Shown: positions 1-9,728 of the stretch, one piece after another
Layout: each line of letters opens with the position of its first letter
How positions within the stretch are numbered: the first letter of the stretch is position 1
Assembly: GCA_018817165.1 (NCBI GenBank)
Contig: JAHITY010000114.1
Span: 81,721 to 145,720 of the forward strand
Reading direction: 5' to 3'
From: Candidatus Omnitrophota bacterium
GTDB taxonomy: Bacteria; Omnitrophota; Gorgyraeia; B26-G9
DNA: 64,000 bases
Notes under the pieces: generated by a model
The model's input: only the letters and a program-made list of their open reading frames with translations
Database searches by the model: none
What the model was told of the DNA's origin: nothing
Translations under genes and position numbers: made by a program

Positions 1-2
1 AT

Positions 3-581
3 AAGGCGATTGCTTGTAAGAGTTTAGGTTTTGAAAAAAATATATTTACCCTTTTAGTTTTTGGCGGTAGTCAAGGGTCTAGATTTCTGAATACATGTTT
101 TACTCAAGCAATTGAAAAACTGGAATATAATTTAAAGGATTGTTTACAGATTATCCACATTTCAGGTACAATGGACGTATCAGCATTGGTTGATTTTTAT
201 CAGAACCAAAATATTAAAGCAAAAGTATTCTCATATTGTAGCAAAATGTCTATTGCATACAGTGCGGCAGATATTGTGATTGGCCGTGCCGGAGCTGGAA
301 CGATTAATGAGCTTTGTTTTTTTGCTAAGCCGGCGATTTTTATTCCTTATCCGCATGCTAGCGGACATCAAAAAGTAAATGCTGAATTTATGCAAAAGCA
401 TGGCGCGGCATGTTTATTGTTAGAAAATAATTTAACCGCGGATAATCTTCAAAAAGAGATCAGGCATTTGATTGAAAAAAAAGATGTTTTATCTCGTATG
501 AGCCAAAAAAGCGGCGAACTCTTTGTTCCAGGAGCAGAATCTAAATTAGCACAATTAGTTTTGGCTATGGCTAAAAAATAA
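3..581 (+). CDS. murG: MurG (UDP-GlcNAc:undecaprenyl-PP-MurNAc-pentapeptide GlcNAc transferase), C-terminal part; 5' end truncated by window edge
   Basis: In-frame translation from nt 3 gives ...TLLVFGGSQGSRFLN...GRAGAGTINELCFFAKPAIFIPYPHA..., the MurG C-terminal glycosyltransferase fold motifs; sits immediately upstream of murC in canonical dcw order. Confidence 0.75.
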   Translation, partial: KAIACKSLGFEKNIFTLLVFGGSQGSRFLNTCFTQAIEKLEYNLKDCLQIIHISGTMDVSALVDFYQNQNIKAKVFSYCSKMSIAYSAADIVIGRAGAGTINELCFFAKPAIFIPYPHASGHQKVNAEFMQKHGAACLLLENNLTADNLQKEIRHLIEKKDVLSRMSQKSGELFVPGAESKLAQLVLAMAKK

Positions 582-633
582 ATTAAAGATACATTTTATT
601 TATCGACTTTTAAATTTAAGCTAAAAGGAGAAT

Positions 634-2031
634 ATGCAAAAAATAACAGAACTTATTCCGAATAAAAAAGTTCATTTTGTGGGTATCGGAGGCGTCGGGA
701 TGAGCGGCTTAGCCCAATTGCTTCTGGAGCAAGGATATTATGTTATTGGATCGGATCTTAAGAAAACTCGAAATACTGACCGCCTGGAGGCTTTAGGCGC
801 GACAATTTTTTTTAGTCACCGGGCCGAGAATTTAAAAGACGTGGATATTGTAGTTTATTCTTCGTGCATTAGAGAAGATAATCCGGAGCTTGAGGCGGCG
901 AAAAAGAAAAATATAAAAATAATTAAACGTGGTTTATTACTGGCTTTTTTGATGCAGGGTAAAACGGGTATTGTGATTGCCGGAGCGCATGGTAAGACAA
1001 CGACTACTTCATTAATATCTTTACTTCTAAATACAGCGGGAATGAATCCCAGCTTTGCGATTGGTGCTGACCTTGATGCTTTAGGCGGTAATGCTAGTCA
1101 TGGGCTGGGTGAATATTTTGTCGCTGAAGCCGATGAAAGCGATGGTTCTTTTTTATGTTTGCATCCGGATTATGCGGTTATCACGAATATTGATAAAGAA
1201 CATTTAGATTATTATCAGGATATGGCGCATATCGTTCGGACATACGCGGAATTTATTGCTAATTTAAATCCTCAGGGTATTTTGTTTTGCTATGGAGAAG
1301 ACGCGCATATTAAGCAGGCTTTAAAGTCATATAAAGGCCAGTTGGTAACTTATGGGTTTTCTGAGCATTGTGATGCCCGGGCAATAAATATGAGTTTTTC
1401 GGATATGCAGTCTGAATTTGAATGTATTTATCGCAATGAAATCAGTATTAAATTTAAATTATCTGTCCCAGGACAACATAATATACTCAATGCTTTGGCT
1501 TGTATTGCCGTAGGAATTAAGCTGGGAATTGATTTGGATATTATTCAAAAAGCCTTGGAAGCATTTAAAGGGGCAAAACGCAGATTCGAAGTCAGAAGTA
1601 AAAATGATAGGGTGATTATTGTTGATGATTACGCGCATCATCCCACAGAAATAAACGCGACTTTGCAGGCTGCTAAATCCTGGAAAAACAGACGGCTTGT
1701 GGGCGTATTTCAGCCGCATCGTTATAGCCGGACGAAATTTCTTCAAGAAGAATTTGCCCACTGTTTTGATTGTGCTGATCAGATTATTATAACCGATATC
1801 TATGCGGCCAGTGAACAGCCGATTAAGGGAATAGCCGCGCGGACGATTTATGATCAGGTTAAGAAAAGCGGACATAAAAATGTGTTTTTTTCTCCGAGGA
1901 GTGAATTAAAACAGCACTTATTGGACAATGTTCAAGCAGGAGATATATTGATGCTCTTGGGTGCTGGGGATATTAATGACTTGTCTGAAGAATTATCAGA
2001 AAATTTTTCTAAACAAATTGAAGTTAATTAA
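634..2031 (+). CDS. murC: UDP-N-acetylmuramate--L-alanine ligase MurC
   Basis: N-terminal VHFVGIGGVGMSGLA motif, Mur ligase central GKTTTT P-loop, length 465 aa, SD AAAGGAG 5 nt upstream. Confidence 0.9.
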   Translation: MQKITELIPNKKVHFVGIGGVGMSGLAQLLLEQGYYVIGSDLKKTRNTDRLEALGATIFFSHRAENLKDVDIVVYSSCIREDNPELEAAKKKNIKIIKRGLLLAFLMQGKTGIVIAGAHGKTTTTSLISLLLNTAGMNPSFAIGADLDALGGNASHGLGEYFVAEADESDGSFLCLHPDYAVITNIDKEHLDYYQDMAHIVRTYAEFIANLNPQGILFCYGEDAHIKQALKSYKGQLVTYGFSEHCDARAINMSFSDMQSEFECIYRNEISIKFKLSVPGQHNILNALACIAVGIKLGIDLDIIQKALEAFKGAKRRFEVRSKNDRVIIVDDYAHHPTEINATLQAAKSWKNRRLVGVFQPHRYSRTKFLQEEFAHCFDCADQIIITDIYAASEQPIKGIAARTIYDQVKKSGHKNVFFSPRSELKQHLLDNVQAGDILMLLGAGDINDLSEELSENFSKQIEVN

Positions 2032-2047
2032 ATTTTATTAAGGGTAA

Positions 2048-3007
2048 ATGAAAACAATAAGTAATCTTAAAATTCAGGAAAATTTGGCGCGGGTGTTTAA
2101 AGGCCGGATAAGGCAAAATGAAGCCTTATCCCAGCATACCTATATGAAAATCGGCGGACCAGTTGATTTATTTTTAAATCCTGAAGATATCGCGGATTTG
2201 AAAGCCGCGGTTGAATTTTTAAATCAAGCGGCTATCCCTTGGGTAATTATTGGTAAGGGCAGTAATCTTTTAGTCAGTGATCAACATCTGCCGATAGCGG
2301 CAATTGAGTTAAGTAGTGCTTTTTTTCAAGAATTAAGCAGACAGAACAATGTTGTATACGCTGCTGCTGGTGTGAGTTTGGCAAGTTTTATTAATTTCAA
2401 TAAAAGCCAGGGTTTAGCGGGTAGCGAGTTTTTAGCGGGTATTCCCGGGAGTATTGGCGGCGCTGTATTCATGAATGCTGGCGCGCGAAATCTTAATTCG
2501 GCAGGTTTGGAAAAACTATGTTCAGTTTTCGATATTGTTTCTCAAGTCCAAGTAATGGATAAAGCAGGGGAATTAAGTATAATAAGTAAAAAGGATATTG
2601 AATTTTCTTATCGGAGTTGCGGCTTGGATGATCAGATAGTTATTGCCGCTTGGTTTGAGCTTGAACCCGGAGCTGAGGTAAAAATCGATTTGGATATTCA
2701 AGCTTTTCTCGATAACAAAATAAAGACGCAAGAGCTTGGTTTGCCAAATGCTGGATGTATATTTAAAAATCCGTCGATTATTAAGATCAGTGCGGGAGCT
2801 TTGATTGAGCAAGCTAATTTGAAAGGTTTGGCAATTGGCGATGCGGCAGTATCTTTGATTCACGCGAACTTTATTGTGAATAAAGGCAAGGCTAGCTTTG
2901 CTCAAGTTAAATCACTGATTTCTCAGATCCAAGTGATAGTGGAAAATAAATTTTCTGTTTATTTAGAGCCAGAAGTAAAGATTTGGGATAGGGAAGGATT
3001 CAAGTAG
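2048..3007 (+). CDS. murB: UDP-N-acetylenolpyruvoylglucosamine reductase MurB
   Basis: FAD-binding MurB pattern YMKIGGP...; position between murC and ddl; stop overlaps ddl start. Confidence 0.85.
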   Translation: MKTISNLKIQENLARVFKGRIRQNEALSQHTYMKIGGPVDLFLNPEDIADLKAAVEFLNQAAIPWVIIGKGSNLLVSDQHLPIAAIELSSAFFQELSRQNNVVYAAAGVSLASFINFNKSQGLAGSEFLAGIPGSIGGAVFMNAGARNLNSAGLEKLCSVFDIVSQVQVMDKAGELSIISKKDIEFSYRSCGLDDQIVIAAWFELEPGAEVKIDLDIQAFLDNKIKTQELGLPNAGCIFKNPSIIKISAGALIEQANLKGLAIGDAAVSLIHANFIVNKGKASFAQVKSLISQIQVIVENKFSVYLEPEVKIWDREGFK

Positions 3008-3960
3008 TGGCAAAAGAAAACAAGACAATTGGAATTTTAATGGGCGGATTTTCCAGTGAACGGGAGATTTCCCTTAAATCAGGCACTGCTGTTTGCCAAG
3101 CTTTAAGAAATCTGTATGATAAAATTATAGTATTTGATTTTAAAACAGAGCAGGAGCTTATAGAGAAATTAAAAAAAATAAAAGTTGATTGTATGTTTAA
3201 CGCGCTACATGGACGCTTTGGCGAAGATGGCCAGGTGCAGAAGATTCTTGATGATTTAAATATTCTTTATACTGGTTCTGGGGCTGCTGCCTGCGCTTTG
3301 GCAATGAATAAAGTGGCCGCGCATCAGGTGTTTAAACAGCATGGGCTGACGGTGCCGGAATATCAGGTTTTTAATAAAAATTCTGAGCAGTCGCAAGGAT
3401 TTTACGCTGATTTTCCTTTGGTGGTTAAACCCGCAATGGAAGGCTCAAGCATTGGGCTTTCGATCGTCGATGATCCCCAGGCGCTTTTTTTAGCCTTAAA
3501 ACAAGCTTTATTGCTTGATCAGGATATTATAATTGAAAAATATATTTCCGGCCGAGAAATAACGATTGGAATTCTTGAAGATAGGCCTTTACCGGTTATT
3601 GAAGTAAAGCCAAAGAATAAATTCTATGATTTTCAGTCAAAGTATACAGTGGGGATGACTGAATATATAATTCCCGCTCAATTACCGGAAAAGATTATTG
3701 AACAAGTACAGGATTTAGCGATAAAAGCCCATAAAGCGCTGGGATGCGATTGTTTTTCCCGGGTGGATATGATTATTGATCATCAGAATAATCCGTTTAT
3801 CCTTGAGGTAAACGCGATTCCTGGCTTAACTGAGACAAGTTTATTGCCTAAAGCAGCCAGAGCGTTGGGTATAGAGTTTCCTGAGCTTTGTCAGAAAATG
3901 ATCCGGGCCGCGGATAAAATAGAGATGCTTGATCAGGATATGTTTTTAGTAAATGAATAA
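3007..3960 (+). CDS. ddl: D-alanine--D-alanine ligase
   Basis: IGILMGGFSSEREISLKSG N-terminus, ATP-grasp motifs, 317 aa. Confidence 0.9.
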   Translation: MAKENKTIGILMGGFSSEREISLKSGTAVCQALRNLYDKIIVFDFKTEQELIEKLKKIKVDCMFNALHGRFGEDGQVQKILDDLNILYTGSGAAACALAMNKVAAHQVFKQHGLTVPEYQVFNKNSEQSQGFYADFPLVVKPAMEGSSIGLSIVDDPQALFLALKQALLLDQDIIIEKYISGREITIGILEDRPLPVIEVKPKNKFYDFQSKYTVGMTEYIIPAQLPEKIIEQVQDLAIKAHKALGCDCFSRVDMIIDHQNNPFILEVNAIPGLTETSLLPKAARALGIEFPELCQKMIRAADKIEMLDQDMFLVNE

Positions 3961-3974
3961 TCGGGGAGGAATTA

Positions 3975-4808
3975 ATGTCCAGAAAAAGAAAAGCAAAAAG
4001 AAGAAAACAAAATATTCATTGGCTGAGTGCTAAACAAGTCCAAGAAACTGTTCAGAAAAACTGGGGGAAAATATTTTGCACACTTGCGGTTATTGGAATT
4101 ATTGTTTTTATGGGTATAAGTTTAAATACATTTCTCTTTGCTTCAGATTTTTTTAATCTTAGTGAGATTGAAGTAGTTGATAAGAATTCGGAAAAAATTG
4201 ATTATCCTTTGGCGAGAATTGATGATCAGGCTAATATTTTTCGCATTGACTTAGAACAAATTGCTTCTAATGTCGAACGAGAACATTATGATATTCAGAA
4301 AGCGATTGTAAAAAGAGTATTACCGAATAAACTGATTATTGAGGTTTTGCGCAGACGTCCGATAGCTCAAATCCAAATCAATGAAAATCCGCAAACTGAA
4401 GAACTGAAACATTTTTTTTCAGTAAATAAAGAAGGCTATATATTAGCTGATATCGGCAAAGACAAACGTAAATCATTGCCAGTGATTGTCGGGACTGAAC
4501 TTTTTGCTAATGAAATTGAAGTTGGACGCGCTTATCCCAAAACTAACCTCTTATGCGCATTGGACTTTCTCGAAGAATTAAACAATAGCGGATTTCTCGA
4601 TAAATATAATGTAACTATCCTGGATGTCAGCCAACCGCGGATAATGTCTTTTTTTATTGATAATTTAGAAGTAAAAATTGGCAATCGTAATTTAAAACAA
4701 AAAATTGAAAATCTTAGTGGAATATTAGCAAGTAAAGATATTAACTATTCAGAAGGTTACTATATTGACCTTAGGTTTAAAGATATTGTTTTTGGAAGGA
4801 ATGAATGA
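3975..4808 (+). CDS. ftsQ: Cell division protein FtsQ/DivIB-like (basic N-terminus, one TM helix, POTRA-like region)
   Basis: KR-rich N-terminus, single TM, position between ddl and ftsA, 4-nt overlap with ftsA. Confidence 0.6.
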   Translation: MSRKRKAKRRKQNIHWLSAKQVQETVQKNWGKIFCTLAVIGIIVFMGISLNTFLFASDFFNLSEIEVVDKNSEKIDYPLARIDDQANIFRIDLEQIASNVEREHYDIQKAIVKRVLPNKLIIEVLRRRPIAQIQINENPQTEELKHFFSVNKEGYILADIGKDKRKSLPVIVGTELFANEIEVGRAYPKTNLLCALDFLEELNNSGFLDKYNVTILDVSQPRIMSFFIDNLEVKIGNRNLKQKIENLSGILASKDINYSEGYYIDLRFKDIVFGRNE

Positions 4809-6088
4809 TAAATAGTGATTTGCTAATAGCTGGTCTTGATATCGGCAGCGCTAAAACCACCGTTTGTCTGGGGAGTTTTGATCCTCAGGGGCGGATAGAA
4901 ATTCATAATGCTTCGATGGTAAAGACGCGGGGCATGGAGCGGGGAGTAATAACTGATCTGGGTGAGGTTGCTGCTTGCATTGAAGAAGTGATCAAAAAAG
5001 TAGAAACCAAAATGCAGCGTTCTGAGCAGTCAAACACGCTTTGGCCGAAAAAAAATTTTAAAATTAATTCAGTTTACGCGACAATTAGCGGGGAGCATGT
5101 ATTAGGCAATAATACCAAAGGTATGCTTAATTTGTCCAACCATCCGATTGAGATCAGCCATAAGGATATGTTCAAAGCTATTGAATCAGCCAAGTATTTG
5201 TCTAGTTCAATTGACCGGGAAATTCTTCATGCTTTAGCTCAGGAATATGTGATCGACGGATACAAAAGGATCAAAGATCCTTTAGGAATTTACGCCACGC
5301 GTTTGGGAGTTAATCTCCACATCTTGACCGCGGAATTATCGTTTATCACTAATGTGGTTAAAACGATAAACCGCGCTGGCATTGATGTCGAGCAGATCGC
5401 TTATTCCGGTTTAGCAACCAGCTTGGCGACTATTACTGAGCAGGAAAAACAAGCGGGGGTGATTTTACTAGAGCTTGGTGCCGGCACTGTAAATATTTTG
5501 TTTTTCAGTGAAGGCAGTTTGCAGTATACAAGTGTTATTCCGATCGGCGGACAGGATATTACTCAGCAGATCAGCAGTTTGCTGAATATTGATTTTGCTC
5601 AGGCTGAAGAGTTGAAAATGCAGTATCGAAGCCGCTACGGCAATGATTTTGACCAAGGTAAGTGTGAAGGTAAGATAATAATAAAAAAGGACGCTGCTAA
5701 TTATGAAAGCATTACCCGGAAAGAATTGACAGATATTATTGATAAAAAGCTGGAAGTGATTTTGGGAATGATAAAAAAAGATATTGAAATGGCCGGGATT
5801 TTATCGCGGGTTAATTGCGGAGTGGTTGTTTGCGGCGGGATGTCGTTTATGGATGGGATTATTGAGCGCTTGGAAAAAATAACTAAACTTCCGGTAAATA
5901 TGGGGATAATGCGGGGATTTGTCAGCAGTTCTTCGGGAATGAGCAATATCTTTTACGCGACTGGTATTGGCTTAGTCATGCACGCGCTTAATGAGCGCAG
6001 GAATTTTAATCAGGGTGCTTTTTTAACTCATAGTGCTTTGGGCAAGGTATTTGCGAAAATCAAAAACATTTATGAGGAGTATTTTTAA
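4805..6088 (+). CDS. ftsA: Cell division protein FtsA (actin-like ATPase)
   Basis: LIAGLDIGSAKTTVCLG phosphate-1 motif, actin-fold blocks, 427 aa. Confidence 0.85.
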   Translation: MINSDLLIAGLDIGSAKTTVCLGSFDPQGRIEIHNASMVKTRGMERGVITDLGEVAACIEEVIKKVETKMQRSEQSNTLWPKKNFKINSVYATISGEHVLGNNTKGMLNLSNHPIEISHKDMFKAIESAKYLSSSIDREILHALAQEYVIDGYKRIKDPLGIYATRLGVNLHILTAELSFITNVVKTINRAGIDVEQIAYSGLATSLATITEQEKQAGVILLELGAGTVNILFFSEGSLQYTSVIPIGGQDITQQISSLLNIDFAQAEELKMQYRSRYGNDFDQGKCEGKIIIKKDAANYESITRKELTDIIDKKLEVILGMIKKDIEMAGILSRVNCGVVVCGGMSFMDGIIERLEKITKLPVNMGIMRGFVSSSSGMSNIFYATGIGLVMHALNERRNFNQGAFLTHSALGKVFAKIKNIYEEYF

Positions 6089-6089
6089 A

Positions 6090-7058
6090 ATGAAAGATAA
6101 TGTATCGATAATGCTTATTGATCGAGATAGCGCGGTATTGGATTCCTTTGCCAGCTTGTTTATTGAAGAAGGATATCAAGTGAATAAAGCAATGAGCTGG
6201 TTTGAAGCAAAATCAATTATTAAAATGAAGCCGGTTAATATTATTATCGCGGATGTTAAGCTCAGCGATATAAGCTATCAGGAAATGATTGAAAAAATTA
6301 GAGAAGATAATAAATACGCTTTTATTATTACCACTGCAGGATTCTCTGATATTGAAATGGCGATAGAATCAATTCAATTAGGGGCGCATGATTATCTGAG
6401 TAAGCCTTTTGACCCGTCGGACACAATTGTTTTGGTTCGTAAATTAGTCGAAAAGCAGCGTTTGCAGTCTGATAATATTCAGTTGTTTGATACCATTAAA
6501 GTTTTGGCGATGGCTTTAGATGCCCGCGATAATTATACGCATAATCATTCCCAGGAAGTTATGGAATATTCCGTAGCAATTGCCCGGGAGATGGGCTTAA
6601 GTGTCCGGGAAATAGAGATCATTCGTGATGCCGGAGCATTGCATGATATTGGAAAAATTGGTATCCCGGATGCCGTATTATTAAAGCCTGGAAGATTAAC
6701 TGATGAAGAATATGAGCAGATTAAAAAACATCCGGAAATCGGTAAAAGCATTCTTGAGCCGGTTAAATGTTTAGCCGACAACATTCCCTTGATTTATCAT
6801 CATCATGAGCGGATTGACGGGACTGGATATCCCGCTGGTTTGGCGGGTGAGGCGATTCCTTTGGGCGCGAGAATTCTTGCGGTGGCTGATTCTTATCAGG
6901 CGATGACTTCGGACCGTCCGTATCGTAAGGCTTTGTCCATGCAGATTGCGATAGGTGAATTGGAAAAATTTAAAGATAGGCAATTTGATTCTAAAGTAGT
7001 TGATGTTTTTCTTAGAATTTTAAAACGGATGGGTAATGGAAATACTAATAAAACATAA
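6090..7058 (+). CDS. Response regulator receiver fused to HD-GYP domain (putative c-di-GMP phosphodiesterase)
   Basis: REC-like N-terminus (MLIDRD...IIIADVKL); HD-GYP motifs HDIGKIGIPD and HHERIDGTGYP. Start chosen at MKDNV (nt 6090) rather than the upstream in-frame ATG 6033, which overlaps ftsA. Confidence 0.8.
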   Translation: MKDNVSIMLIDRDSAVLDSFASLFIEEGYQVNKAMSWFEAKSIIKMKPVNIIIADVKLSDISYQEMIEKIREDNKYAFIITTAGFSDIEMAIESIQLGAHDYLSKPFDPSDTIVLVRKLVEKQRLQSDNIQLFDTIKVLAMALDARDNYTHNHSQEVMEYSVAIAREMGLSVREIEIIRDAGALHDIGKIGIPDAVLLKPGRLTDEEYEQIKKHPEIGKSILEPVKCLADNIPLIYHHHERIDGTGYPAGLAGEAIPLGARILAVADSYQAMTSDRPYRKALSMQIAIGELEKFKDRQFDSKVVDVFLRILKRMGNGNTNKT

Positions 7059-7076
7059 AATCCAAAAGGAGTTATT

Positions 7077-8174
7077 ATGGAAATAGATCTATTAGAAATG
7101 CTCAAAGCTATGGTAAAACAAGAGGCTTCGGACGCTCATTTTAAAGTTGGACGTTCTCCGGTATTTAGAATAAAAAAAGAATTGATCAGCTCTTCATTTC
7201 CCGTACTTTCGAATAAAGATATTGAAAAAATCGCTTATTTTATGATGCGCGAGCGCCATAGAAAAGAATTTGAAAAATCCAATGAAATTGATTTTTCGTA
7301 CCAATTACCGGAGATTGGCCGCTTTCGGGTAAACGTGTTTCGCCAAAGAGGCGATGTGGGAATTGTTATGCGGATTGTGAAAAATAAAGTTCCTTCTTTT
7401 GATGATCTGATGATTCCGGCAGTGTTTAAAAAAATCGCGATGTATGAAAGAGGAATTGTTTTGATTACCGGAGCAAGCTCACAAGGTAAGTCAACAACAC
7501 TAGCAGCAGTTATTGATTATATTAATAATAAAAAGAAATGTCATATTATAACCATTGAAGATCCGATTGAATATATTCATGAAGATAAACAGGCTTTGAT
7601 CAATCAAAGAGAAGTCGGTCTGGATACTGATTCTTTTAACTTGGCACTGCGTTATGTTATTCGTCAGGATCCGGATGTTATTCTGATTGGCGAAATGCGT
7701 GATGCTGAGACTTTTCAGACAGCTTTATCCGCTTCAGAAACCGGGCATTTGGTTTTCGCTACTTTGCATGCTTCGGATACTGCTCAGGTTGTCGACCGCA
7801 TTCTTGATTTTTTTCCGATAGCGCAGCACAATATGATCAGAATGCAATTATCGTTTAATCTCAAAGCCGTGACTTGTCAGCGTTTGATGCCGCGAGCTGA
7901 TGGAGAAGGGGTTGCTCCGGCAGTGGAAGTGATGCTGATGAATCCCACGATTGAGAAAATGCTTCGGGATAATAAGACAGACCGATTAAGCAATACCTTG
8001 CAGGCTTTCTCCAAGGAAGGAATGATTACTTTTAATCAGTCCTTGGTAAATTTAGTAAAAAGTAAAATTATTTCTCTGGAAACCGCGCTGGCTGCTTCCA
8101 GTAATCCGGAAGCTTTAAAAATGAATCTCAAGGGGATTTATTTAGATGAAGAACGTAGGATATTAGGTGAGTAG
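7077..8174 (+). CDS. pilT: Type IV pilus retraction ATPase PilT/PilU family
   Basis: Walker A GASSQGKSTT, DPIEY, ILIGEMRD, TLHA his-box-like region; 365 aa. Confidence 0.85.
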   Translation: MEIDLLEMLKAMVKQEASDAHFKVGRSPVFRIKKELISSSFPVLSNKDIEKIAYFMMRERHRKEFEKSNEIDFSYQLPEIGRFRVNVFRQRGDVGIVMRIVKNKVPSFDDLMIPAVFKKIAMYERGIVLITGASSQGKSTTLAAVIDYINNKKKCHIITIEDPIEYIHEDKQALINQREVGLDTDSFNLALRYVIRQDPDVILIGEMRDAETFQTALSASETGHLVFATLHASDTAQVVDRILDFFPIAQHNMIRMQLSFNLKAVTCQRLMPRADGEGVAPAVEVMLMNPTIEKMLRDNKTDRLSNTLQAFSKEGMITFNQSLVNLVKSKIISLETALAASSNPEALKMNLKGIYLDEERRILGE

Positions 8175-9570
8175 GTATCATTCTGATTACCTGGCTAATG
8201 AAATAAATACTCTTGTTTTGAAAAAAAACGCTCGCTTTAAAATTGCTTTGATATATCCGAATAGTTACGCGATTGGGATGAGTAATTTGGGAGTGCACAG
8301 TGTTTATGATCTTTTTAATCAAAGTTTGGATGTAGTTTGTGAACGGGTGTTTTTTGATCCGAAAAAAAAACAGCTATTTTCTCTGGAAACCGGACAGGCT
8401 TTAAAAGCATTTGATATTCTCGCGTTTTCAATTTCCTATGAACTGGATTATTTTAATTTTATTAAAATTCTTAAACAAATAGACCTTCTGATTGATTCCA
8501 CGCAGCGAACAGTTAGGCCCTTAATTATTAGCGGAGGGATAGTTCATTCTTTTAATCATTTGCCTTTGGCTAATTACTGCGATTTGATTTTTGTCGGAGA
8601 AGCTGAGCAGTCAATTCCTTTGTTTATTAAAACATTGGCTGAATTTCCGAATATTAACTCTTTGCGGAAAAAAAATGATTTTTTGCAGATTTTTTCCAAC
8701 CTTGACGGGTTTTTTGTCCCGGGATTTTCCGATCCCCAATCAGTAAAACCATGCTTTGTTCAGGATTTAAATAGTTTTCCAGTATCATCTAAGATAATTA
8801 CTAAAGATACGGAATTTTCCAATACATTTTTAGTTGAGATATCCCGGGGTTGTCCTTGGAACTGTAAGTTTTGTGTGACCGCTGGGATCTGCGGTGCATT
8901 TCGCCCCAGATCAATTAAGTTGCTTAAGCAACAGATTGAACAAGGCCTTAGCCTAACCAATAAAATCGGACTGGTGGGTGCCGCAGTATCGGATTATCCC
9001 CAAATCGATGAATTAGTTGCTTTTTTACGCGAAAAAGCGGCGAAAATATCAGTATCTAGCTTGAGAGTGGAAACAGTTAAGTCTATCCTCTTAAAAGCGC
9101 TTGCTGAGAGCGGGCAAAATACAATTACTTTTGCGCCGGAAGCAGGCAGTGATAGATTGCGTTATTTTCTGAATAAAAAAATAAGCAATAAACAGATAAT
9201 TCAAATAATTTCAACAGCGAATAATTTTGGAATAAGAAAAGTTAAATTGTATTTTATGATTGGGTTGCCCACGGAAGCAGAGGAAGATATTCTGGCAATT
9301 ATTCAGCTGGTTGAAGCAGTTTCCAAAATAGTATTTGTCAAAGCTTCGATCGGGATATTTGTGCCAAAACCTAAAACCCCTTTTGCGGATCAACCTATGG
9401 CAGATAAAAATATTTTGCTCAAAAAGATTAAATTTCTTAAATCAAAATTAGCTTTGCTTAAAGATGTTGATTTTAATACCGCAAATATAAAAGAAGCTAA
9501 AATCTCCCATTTGCTTTCCTTTGCCGATGAGAATTTTTTAAAGGATTATTTGACTAAAAATCAATTTTGA
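8167..9570 (+). CDS. Radical SAM protein with N-terminal B12-binding-like domain; start codon uncertain (GTG at 8167 overlapping pilT, or an internal ATG)
   Basis: CxxxCxxC cluster motif in EISRGCPWNCKFCV; N-terminal KIALIYPNSYAIGMSNLG pattern typical of uncharacterised rSAM families. Confidence 0.7.
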   Translation: MSRYHSDYLANEINTLVLKKNARFKIALIYPNSYAIGMSNLGVHSVYDLFNQSLDVVCERVFFDPKKKQLFSLETGQALKAFDILAFSISYELDYFNFIKILKQIDLLIDSTQRTVRPLIISGGIVHSFNHLPLANYCDLIFVGEAEQSIPLFIKTLAEFPNINSLRKKNDFLQIFSNLDGFFVPGFSDPQSVKPCFVQDLNSFPVSSKIITKDTEFSNTFLVEISRGCPWNCKFCVTAGICGAFRPRSIKLLKQQIEQGLSLTNKIGLVGAAVSDYPQIDELVAFLREKAAKISVSSLRVETVKSILLKALAESGQNTITFAPEAGSDRLRYFLNKKISNKQIIQIISTANNFGIRKVKLYFMIGLPTEAEEDILAIIQLVEAVSKIVFVKASIGIFVPKPKTPFADQPMADKNILLKKIKFLKSKLALLKDVDFNTANIKEAKISHLLSFADENFLKDYLTKNQF

Positions 9571-9652
9571 ATAGTTTTGACTGTTTAATGTCCTTAAGTA
9601 AAAGTATTTTATTCGTGATTTAAATCCTAATTTTTGTTATATTTTGGTTTGT

Positions 9653-9682
9653 TTGACAATAATGCGGATAATATGGTATGAT
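9653..9682 (+). promoter_or_regulatory. Sigma70-like promoter TTGACA-N18-TGgTATGAT (extended -10) upstream of the two-component operon
   Basis: Hexamers read directly in the 160-nt intergenic region; about 45 nt upstream of the ATG at 9729. Confidence 0.4.
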
Positions 9683-9728
9683 TTATACCTACCTAAGATA
9701 GTATACAAAAAGATGTTAGAGGAAATAT

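Noticed and set aside
6033-6089. Upstream in-frame extension of the HD-GYP regulator (MLWARYLRKSKTFMRSIFK...) overlapping the end of ftsA
   Set aside because: Extension is basic and low-complexity with no SD. MKDNV at 6090 follows a GAGGAG-like SD and gives a standard REC N-terminus.
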